Shown here in pieces: positions 57,483 through 64,000 of a DNA stretch of 64,000 bases; the stretch's first letter is position 1, and each line of letters opens with the position of its first letter. The DNA is from a virus: positions 44,123-108,122 of the IMG/VR virus record IMGVR_UViG_3300036770_005214; one strand, written 5' to 3'. The notes beneath the pieces were generated by a model. The model ran no database searches and was not told where the DNA came from. It saw only the letters and a program-made list of their open reading frames with translations. The position numbers and the translations under genes were made by a program.

Positions 57483-59327
57483 TCATTCGTCCTCGTCCTC
57501 GTCCTCGTCTTCGTCCTCGTCATCCCCTTCATCTTCGTCGTCGAAGTCGTCATCTTCGTCTTCGTCTTCGTCTTCGTCGTCTTCTTCGTCCTCGTCCTCG
57601 TCTTCGTCGTCATCATCGAAGCTGACGGCGGGCAGCTTACCCCCTCGGGGCTTCGGCTTCGCCTTGGGCTTGGGCTTCGGCTTGGCCCCCCGACGGGGCT
57701 TCACCTCCTCCTCTTCCTCTTCCTCTCCGTCTTCCGAGAGGAGCAACGGGTCCTCGACGTCCTCATCCTCGTCTTCGCCATGCCCGAGGGCGCCGGACAA
57801 CTCGCTGCGGAAGCTCTCCGCAAAGCCGGGGCTCGCGTGCGCCAGCTTCTCGACGGCCTTGCGCCGCGTCTCGCTCGGGAGCATCTGAAGCACGAGGGCG
57901 GCCTGCTCGGGCGTCACGTTCGCGAGGTCGAGACCACCGAGGCCCCCCGACTTCTTCTCGACTTCGCGCCGGCGACCCCGCTGGCGCGCGACCCGCGACT
58001 CCCGCTCGGTGCGGCGCCGCTCCCGGCGAACGCGCGTGATCTCCCCGATGACGGGCGTGCTGGAGATCTCGTCAATGTCCTCGTCCACCTCGTCGCGGGC
58101 GGGCGCCTGCGGGGCAGCGACGGGAGCCTCGTTCGCCTGCTGGCCTTGCTGGCCCTGTTGGACCATCCCGAGCAGCGTGCTGAGCATCCCGCCCTCGTCG
58201 CCCGACTTCGCCTGTTTCTTGAGTCGCTTGATCTCCCGTACCACCTTCTCATAGGCCCGGCGCATGGTCCCCAAGTGCGTCTCCGCGACCTCGGCGCGTT
58301 GCTTGTACCGGACCAGCTTCTCTTGCGCGATCGACGCCCGGCGCTCGGCGTCCGAGAGGGAGTCGCGAATGTCGTCGACCTCCTCCTCCAGGGCTTTGTA
58401 CTCGTCTACCATCTCGCGCTTCTCGCGCTTCCATTCCTCGCGGATGCGGTCCCACTCCTCCCGCTGACGCTGGCGCTCGGTCTCGATGACCTCCACCTTC
58501 GCCTTGGCGCGCTCCCCCTCGCGGGTCATCACGAGCAGTTGGTCATTGTGCGCCTTCAAGATGGCGACCATGTTCTCGCGAAGGGTCCGCTGGTCCTCGA
58601 CGGACAGCTTGCGGTCCTCTTTCAAGACTTCGATGATCTGCTCGGCTTGCTTCCCCTCGCGGCTCGACGACCGGGCGCTGATCTCCGTCAGCGTGGTCAC
58701 CAACCAGTTGATCGTGGAGAAGGTGACGCTCGACTCGTAAGCCTGGGGACGCGCTTCGTGCATGGGTGCCACACGGGGTTCGAGGACGGGAGACGGGGCC
58801 GGGGGAGGATAGGCCGGGCGGGGCGCCTGCGGAGGCGTCACAAGCTGCTGCGGCGTGTAGGCGGGTGCTGGGGCGGGTGCGGGCGCGGGAGCGGGCGCTG
58901 GGGCCATCGTGGGCGCAGGGGAAGGCATCGCCGGCAGCCGGGGAGGCGGCGAGACCATGCCGTGCTCCGGGGAGACCGCGTGGCGCTCGCTGACGCAGTT
59001 GAGATCGAAGCCCTCGGCGTCGACCCAGGTGTCCATCCTCTCGTCCTGAATCTGCACCAGGAGCCGGAACTGCACCACCGCCTCGTCCGGGTATCGCTCC
59101 AAGATCTCGTCGACCTTGCGGAAGACCTCCGTCTGCACCTCGGACTCGCTCTTGAGACCAATCTGCACATACTCGGGCGCGAACTTCGGTCCTTGCCCCG
59201 TCGCACGCGCCGAGATGGCCACGCGTCCGGGAAGCTCGTCTAGGGGTACGTCGTCTTCTTCGAGGCGTAGCTGGGCCGTCAGCCACTCCCCCGCGCTCGT
59301 CGCGTTGTAGAACCACCCTCGGGCCAT
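57483..59327 (-). CDS. Pro-rich, long coiled-coil protein with poly-D/E tail (scaffold-like)
   Basis: AAGGAGG RBS; PAPAP segment, long coiled coil, about 35-residue acidic tail. Confidence 0.75.
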   Translation of the reverse strand: MARGWFYNATSAGEWLTAQLRLEEDDVPLDELPGRVAISARATGQGPKFAPEYVQIGLKSESEVQTEVFRKVDEILERYPDEAVVQFRLLVQIQDERMDTWVDAEGFDLNCVSERHAVSPEHGMVSPPPRLPAMPSPAPTMAPAPAPAPAPAPAPAYTPQQLVTPPQAPRPAYPPPAPSPVLEPRVAPMHEARPQAYESSVTFSTINWLVTTLTEISARSSSREGKQAEQIIEVLKEDRKLSVEDQRTLRENMVAILKAHNDQLLVMTREGERAKAKVEVIETERQRQREEWDRIREEWKREKREMVDEYKALEEEVDDIRDSLSDAERRASIAQEKLVRYKQRAEVAETHLGTMRRAYEKVVREIKRLKKQAKSGDEGGMLSTLLGMVQQGQQGQQANEAPVAAPQAPARDEVDEDIDEISSTPVIGEITRVRRERRRTERESRVARQRGRRREVEKKSGGLGGLDLANVTPEQAALVLQMLPSETRRKAVEKLAHASPGFAESFRSELSGALGHGEDEDEDVEDPLLLSEDGEEEEEEEVKPRRGAKPKPKPKAKPKPRGGKLPAVSFDDDDEDEDEDEEDDEDEDEDEDDDFDDEDEGDDEDEDEDEDEDE

Positions 59328-59416
59328 CGATCCCTCCTTCCGCCTTCCTGGGTAACCCGGTGGCTACCAGAGGCACAGGAAGATATACAAGGGGGGACAA
59401 GGGGCGAGGGGGGAGG

Positions 59417-59848
59417 ATGAGTCAGTCGAAGCAGCCCGTGGACACCTACGCCATCGGGGTCCACTTGGCAGACCAGTTGCGGAAGCAAATCCAGTGGATC
59501 GAACCGCTCGACTGGAACAGCTACAAGCCCAAGCAGATGGTCATCGTGGGGTACGACCAGGGCCCCATCCACGTCCGCCTGGGCTACGTCCACCTCGCCG
59601 GCTGGATGCGTATCTCCAAGGGCGAAGACGAGATGGCCAGCATCGCGGTGCAGGTGAAGGACAGCGTTCACCTCTTCGTCATCGAAGCGCCCGGCTTGAA
59701 CCCATCCGAGCAGCACGACTTGGAGAAGATCTTGACCGTCGCCCGTCGCGCCCTCGGAGCCGACGACCACCGCCGCAGCTACATCCCCGGCAAGGTCGCC
59801 ACGACGCGCTGGTCCTGGGCCTACCAGCACGCGACCATGGACTACTAG
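59417..59848 (+). CDS. Hypothetical protein
   Basis: GGAGG RBS, divergent from the structural block. Confidence 0.6.
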   Translation: MSQSKQPVDTYAIGVHLADQLRKQIQWIEPLDWNSYKPKQMVIVGYDQGPIHVRLGYVHLAGWMRISKGEDEMASIAVQVKDSVHLFVIEAPGLNPSEQHDLEKILTVARRALGADDHRRSYIPGKVATTRWSWAYQHATMDY

Positions 59849-60126
59849 AGCGATTCCGGGTCTTTCGTCAAGACGACCAGGGACTTCCCACAGCGGCACT
59901 TCTGCAACGCCGTCGCGACCTTCCCCAACGTCTCAAAGTCCATCGGAAGCCCGAGCACCGCTCGGGTATGCTCCAGGTTCGTCCAGCGCCCCCAGGCGCC
60001 ATCCTCGCCCCAACAAGGGCACGCGATGATGATGGGGAGGTTGCTCTTGGTCACCTTCTCTCCTTCGCCCGCTCGGTGGGCAATCATTCTGTTTCCTGGT
60101 CCCATGCTGATCTGAAAGCTGCTCAC
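59845..60126 (-). CDS. Small Cys-containing protein
   Basis: CPC and CRC; GTGA coupling. Confidence 0.5.
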   Translation of the reverse strand: MSSFQISMGPGNRMIAHRAGEGEKVTKSNLPIIIACPCWGEDGAWGRWTNLEHTRAVLGLPMDFETLGKVATALQKCRCGKSLVVLTKDPESL

Positions 60127-60362
60127 AGTCTCTCCTCAAAGCCCTGACACTCACACTCGGGACCGGTAGCCTCTTCGTGAGCGTTCACAGCGCACGGGCC
60201 CTCGTCGTGCGCATCCATGTGGTGCCCGCACACGCACCGCGGCAGCGCCTCCCAGCACGGCCCGCAGAGGTCGCTTCCTGGCCTCGCGTTCCGCAGACAG
60301 GTGTCATGCCTGCCAACGCAACGCCGTGCGGCCATCTCTCGGATCACTTTGTACTGCCACAT
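60123..60362 (-). CDS. Small Cys/His-rich zinc-binding protein
   Basis: GGAGGAG RBS; CGPC, CVCGH..H..C..CEC. Confidence 0.55.
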   Translation of the reverse strand: MWQYKVIREMAARRCVGRHDTCLRNARPGSDLCGPCWEALPRCVCGHHMDAHDEGPCAVNAHEEATGPECECQGFEERL

Positions 60363-60556
60363 GGCTCCTCCCTCGACAGGTCCCGCAGCGGCGCCAGCCG
60401 CCCGCCCTGCGCCCAAACTCGCCCCGCGCCCAGACACGACCAGCAGGTGACCCGGCGGGCCGTGGTCGTCGCGTCCTCGGGCCGCCAACCCCATCCGTTG
60501 CAGGTCGGGCAGGTGCGGACCGTCACGCCGTCGGGGATGACGTAGATCGCGCTCAC
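60344..60556 (-). CDS. DnaJ-type CxxCxGxG zinc-finger mini-protein
   Basis: CPTCNGWG and CWSCLGAG. Confidence 0.6.
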   Translation of the reverse strand: MSAIYVIPDGVTVRTCPTCNGWGWRPEDATTTARRVTCWSCLGAGRVWAQGGRLAPLRDLSREEPCGSTK

Positions 60557-60564
60557 GGCTTCTC

Positions 60565-60969
60565 CTACCGCTCTTTGTCGGTGTAGCTGTCGGTGTACTC
60601 GCGGTAGCCGCAGTCCTGGCACTTCTCATACTTGCGCCAGTGGGTGCGAAGCATCGGGACCAGTCGCTCCCGCTGTACCTCCCGCACGACCATCGAGTTC
60701 TTGTCCCGGTGGACGTTCGAGAGCGTCACACGGTCGGACCACTTCTCTTTGGAGCGGATCTCGTACTTCTCGTGCTGCATGATGTGACTCCGCTGGGTCT
60801 TGGGACACATAGGGGTCTTCAAGATGCGCATGATGCGCTCCAACTCCGCTAGCTCTTCATCGAGCTTTTTCTTCCTGCGCCTCTTCTCGTTCTCGGAGGC
60901 CAACGCCATCATCCACAGGAAGAAGGTGAAGCCCAGGAAGCCCAGAAAGCCGATGACGAGGATTTCCAT
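60565..60969 (-). CDS. N-terminally anchored membrane protein with CxxC
   Basis: MEILVIGFLGFLGFTFFLWMMAL then basic stretch; CQDC. Confidence 0.6.
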   Translation of the reverse strand: MEILVIGFLGFLGFTFFLWMMALASENEKRRRKKKLDEELAELERIMRILKTPMCPKTQRSHIMQHEKYEIRSKEKWSDRVTLSNVHRDKNSMVVREVQRERLVPMLRTHWRKYEKCQDCGYREYTDSYTDKER

Positions 60970-60976
60970 GCGGCAC

Positions 60977-61192
60977 CTAGCCCTTGTTCCGTTCGATCTT
61001 GGATAGAGACTCCGCAAGAGACTCCGCAAGGTCGCGGAACGCCTTGCGCAACTCGATGGTGCCGGCGGACACGATCTCCAGATGGCCGTCGGTGTAGGTG
61101 GTCGCCCCGCTCACGGGGTAGACCGTCACCCGCAAGCCGTCGAGGGGATGGCCGGCGGGTACGATGACGGTGAAGGCATCGGCGGCGATCAT
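60977..61192 (-). CDS. Small hypothetical protein
   Basis: ATGA coupling. Confidence 0.5.
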   Translation of the reverse strand: MIAADAFTVIVPAGHPLDGLRVTVYPVSGATTYTDGHLEIVSAGTIELRKAFRDLAESLAESLSKIERNKG

Positions 61193-61488
61193 GGGCCTTC
61201 CGCCTTCCACGCGGGCAACCCCAGGTCACTCCGCCATGCCTCGGCGCCACCTCGCGCGCAGAACGCGAAGCCCCCCAGGTAGCTCCCGATGTCCCCCACC
61301 GCGATGGCATCCTTGCCACAGATAGCGAGCATCATCTTGAAGATCGGGTGTGACCCGGCGAAGGTGGACGAGGGGACCGGACCTTTCAGAAAGACGCGTT
61401 TCGCTTCTGGCCAGACACGAATGTCAATCCCAGATTTAGGAGGATCCTTGAGTGTGATCGGCATGGGGGTCTCGCAGTGGGGGGTCAT
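61189..61488 (-). CDS. Small hypothetical protein
   Basis: ATGA coupling. Confidence 0.5.
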   Translation of the reverse strand: MTPHCETPMPITLKDPPKSGIDIRVWPEAKRVFLKGPVPSSTFAGSHPIFKMMLAICGKDAIAVGDIGSYLGGFAFCARGGAEAWRSDLGLPAWKAEGP

Positions 61489-61973
61489 GGCTCCCCCTTC
61501 CTAGACGGCTTGAGGGGCTGTTCGGAGGTCATCGCGTCGATCCACCGGGGCTGGTCGTCTTTCGAGACCTGGAGGACGTGGAAGAGCGTCGCCCAGCGGT
61601 CGGGGGAAGGCTTGGAGGCGCCCCGCACCCAGGAGGATACGGCTTGCCGGGACGTCTCCTTGCCTCGGTTGGTGAGGTTTGCGGCGAGGACCATCTGTGT
61701 CATGCTCTTCGCCGTCATCGCCTCGGTGAGCAGGTCGGGGAAGCTCGCCGGCGGGGCCGGGAGCGGGGACGCCTTGGGCTCCGGGATGACCATGCGGTCG
61801 GTCCACTCCGCGGCCAACGCTTCGATGTGTTCATCGAGGGCTGACCGGAGGCGGGTGTTCTCGCGGATCAACTCGTCCACCTTCGCTCGGAGGTGGAAGA
61901 CCGACTCGCGAGCGGTGTCCCGCTCGGCCATCATGCGCTCCGCGAAGAGCATCCAAGAGCGTTCCCCGGTCAT
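61485..61973 (-). CDS. Coiled-coil plus XRE-like HTH protein
   Basis: MTQMVLAANL..SRQAVSSWVRGASKP. Confidence 0.65.
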   Translation of the reverse strand: MTGERSWMLFAERMMAERDTARESVFHLRAKVDELIRENTRLRSALDEHIEALAAEWTDRMVIPEPKASPLPAPPASFPDLLTEAMTAKSMTQMVLAANLTNRGKETSRQAVSSWVRGASKPSPDRWATLFHVLQVSKDDQPRWIDAMTSEQPLKPSRKGEP

Positions 61974-62458
61974 TCCTCCTCTCCCCCTTCCGCGTCTTCG
62001 CCTTCGCCTTCGCCCTCTTCTTCGAGGTCGAACTCGGCGCCGATCTCCTCAAGGGCGCCCGTCTCGGTGAACTGGAGCCCTTCGGCTTCCAGCGTCGTCC
62101 ACAGGAGGGAAGGCTGCGCGGGGTTCGGACGCGCCTCGATCTCCTCTTGGCGGGCCTGGGGCGTCATCTTCGCGTGGCCCTTGGCGTTGGGGTACGCGAG
62201 GCTCCCGATGATGGCTTCCATCATGGTCGCGCTCGGGATGTTCCCAAAGCCCCGTGCGCTCAGCACAGACAGCGCAGCCTTGCCCTCGCGGTACTCCATG
62301 CTGAAGCCTACGACGACCGGGCCGTCGTAGCGCATCCAAGACGCACTCTCGGGCTCCCCGTACTCGGAGAGGATGGCCACAAGCTCGCGCTCGTTGCGGG
62401 CCTGGACGAGCAAGGTGACCTCGTTCGGCCAGTGCGCGAGGTACAGTTTCTTTCCCAT
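61970..62458 (-). CDS. Hypothetical protein with acidic tail
   Basis: AGGAG RBS, coupled. Confidence 0.6.
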   Translation of the reverse strand: MGKKLYLAHWPNEVTLLVQARNERELVAILSEYGEPESASWMRYDGPVVVGFSMEYREGKAALSVLSARGFGNIPSATMMEAIIGSLAYPNAKGHAKMTPQARQEEIEARPNPAQPSLLWTTLEAEGLQFTETGALEEIGAEFDLEEEGEGEGEDAEGGEEE

Positions 62459-62467
62459 GACAGTCTC

Positions 62468-62950
62468 CTACAGGTCGCCTTTGCTGGCTTCGATTGCGAT
62501 GGTTTTCTGACGTTCCAGCATCTCCTGGTAGAGGTCGTTTCGCTGGATATGCACCCGGAAGGCCCCCTGGACGGGCTCCCAACGGAAGGAGGCGCTACCC
62601 TCCCCGTCGAGCCACATCCAGGTGGCCAGCACGTCTCCGGTCGAGGCGTTCTTCGGCGCCGCAGGAGGGCCCCAAGAGCCCTCAAGGGCGGCGAGGATGA
62701 GTTGGGCATCCCCAGGGGAGATGACCCCGTGGAAGCTCACGGCGAAGAAGACGCCGTACTGGTGGAAGTAGTCCGCGATCACGGACACGCCGGCCAGCGT
62801 CGTCGGGCAACTCCACCCAACACCTTTCTCCACTCCCTTCTCACAGCCCGCCAAGGGAGCCGTGGGAAGGTCCCGAACCCCATACTCCAACCCTCGGAAG
62901 TCTTCGGAGAGCTTCCCGGCCAACGCCACAGAGGTCAGAAGGAACAGCAT
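62468..62950 (-). CDS. Putative exported protein
   Basis: Short signal-like N-terminus MLFLLTSVALA; FRGLEYG motif. Confidence 0.55.
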   Translation of the reverse strand: MLFLLTSVALAGKLSEDFRGLEYGVRDLPTAPLAGCEKGVEKGVGWSCPTTLAGVSVIADYFHQYGVFFAVSFHGVISPGDAQLILAALEGSWGPPAAPKNASTGDVLATWMWLDGEGSASFRWEPVQGAFRVHIQRNDLYQEMLERQKTIAIEASKGDL

Positions 62951-62953
62951 GGG

Positions 62954-63301
62954 TCACGCGTTCTCGGAGCGAGGATAGGGCGAGAAGGCCTTTTCCTGCG
63001 ACCAGTTGCTCACCACCTCGCCCAAGGCGGGGAGCGTCTTGCACAGGAAGATGTAGCGACCATTCTCGTCGTCCTTCCACCACCGCTCGACGACGCCACG
63101 CTTGTAGTCGCCCGATGCCTTCGACTCGTGCAGGCGCACCTCGCGGATGAGGTCCGCCGTGTTGTCGCCGCCTTGCAGCGCCCACTCGGCAGAGACAAAC
63201 ATGGTGTTGTCCATCGACGTGTAGACGCCCGTCAGCCCCTTGCAGATGAAGTGGACGATGCGGTCCTCTCCACCCTGGTCCACCTGATCTCCCTTGCTCA
63301 T
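62954..63301 (-). CDS. Hypothetical protein
   Basis: GGAGGAAGG RBS, ATGA coupling. Confidence 0.55.
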   Translation of the reverse strand: MSKGDQVDQGGEDRIVHFICKGLTGVYTSMDNTMFVSAEWALQGGDNTADLIREVRLHESKASGDYKRGVVERWWKDDENGRYIFLCKTLPALGEVVSNWSQEKAFSPYPRSENA

Positions 63302-63513
63302 CCTTCCTCCTCGGGCTTCCGCCCCTTCGCCCACGACTCGGGCACAGTGACTTCCAGAATCTCGGCCTTCGGGTGCTCGGCTCGCGCCGCCTCGAAGCTC
63401 AAGTAGATGGGGCAGTAGCCCACGACGTTCGGCGGGAAGGTGAGCGTGAGGTCTTGCCCCATCACCCTCGCGGTCAACGTGTTGAACCCAGAGATGACCA
63501 ACCAGCCTTTCAT
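63298..63513 (-). CDS. Small hypothetical protein
   Basis: ATGA coupling. Confidence 0.5.
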   Translation of the reverse strand: MKGWLVISGFNTLTARVMGQDLTLTFPPNVVGYCPIYLSFEAARAEHPKAEILEVTVPESWAKGRKPEEEG

Positions 63514-64000
63514 GGGATCACCCGAAACAGAGCCAAAGTGCAGTTGTCTTTCGACCCGGCCTTGACCGCGCTCTCACACGCCCACACCGCCGTGCGGGTC
63601 ATCGCTGGCACCGTGCGGTCGGTCATCGCGCGGGCGAAGAACGTCCCCACCCAGGACCGGTTGTGCGCACGGCTCCGCAGGTCATCGTCCAGAAGCACGT
63701 CGAAGCCGTCCGAGTAGGCGACGTAGACGACGCCGGGGACGAGCGGGACCGAGCCCGTATCGAACGCGTCCGAGTTGGTGTGGCTCAGGCAACGCGTCAC
63801 CAGATGCGCGAAGCCGTGCGGAGCGGTCAGGTGCTCCAAGCGGTCTCGGCTGTAGATGGCGCACAGCCCCGAGTCCCCCATCCACCCGAAGTCGAGGCGT
63901 TTCGCGTCCGCGTTGGCCTCGAAGGCGACGATGGTGGTCGACCCCTCGCCCTCGCTCACGCCCGCGCGGGAGGCTTCCAGCACCCGATCCCATCCGTCGG
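63510..64000 (-). CDS. PP2C-family Ser/Thr phosphatase (5'-truncated)
   Basis: STT, GDSG, LT..H, VTRCL, SDG, DNCT motifs; frame stays open to the window edge. Confidence 0.8.
   Translation of the reverse strand, partial: DGWDRVLEASRAGVSEGEGSTTIVAFEANADAKRLDFGWMGDSGLCAIYSRDRLEHLTAPHGFAHLVTRCLSHTNSDAFDTGSVPLVPGVVYVAYSDGFDVLLDDDLRSRAHNRSWVGTFFARAMTDRTVPAMTRTAVWACESAVKAGSKDNCTLALFRVIP

Noticed and set aside
55089-59243. Long plus-strand ORFs (723 aa and 614 aa), including an FVLV-rich 'membrane' stretch
   Set aside because: Shadows of minus-strand genes; the hydrophobic run is the reverse complement of the poly-D/E tail

Overview
GC-rich, gene-dense 64 kb segment of a large bacterial dsDNA virus or phage-plasmid. 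No host housekeeping operons, rRNA, tRNA or CRISPR array were seen. Layout: (1) 1-19.7 kb replication and 'polyvalent' proteins: family A DNA polymerase (5'-truncated), Gp88-like multidomain protein, Rad50/SbcC-like ATPase, GHKL-ATPase/zincin fusion, UvrD helicase, HU. (2) 19.9-28 kb small beta-rich putative vertex proteins, membrane proteins and four peptidoglycan-hydrolase domains. (3) 28-33 kb small early-type genes behind a duplicated promoter/leader, plus RadC and a Cre-like tyrosine recombinase. (4) 35-45 kb DarB-like methyltransferase-SNF2 helicase and a very basic HMG/H1-like protein. (5) 45-59 kb minus-strand morphogenesis block with a candidate single-jelly-roll major capsid protein, many glycine-rich membrane proteins and a transglutaminase-fold cysteine enzyme. 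(6) 59-64 kb small accessory genes ending in a truncated PP2C phosphatase. No terminase, portal, HK97 capsid, tail gene or A32/FtsK packaging ATPase is recognisable. Main hypothesis (inference): an unusually large tailless, membrane-containing single-jelly-roll virus. Its virion proteins share short tags (EG-x-[HY][IV]G, MxRIG and [DE]R[LM]) that may be docking or cleavage signals for the co-encoded cysteine enzyme. All calls come from motif recognition by eye; no database search was run.
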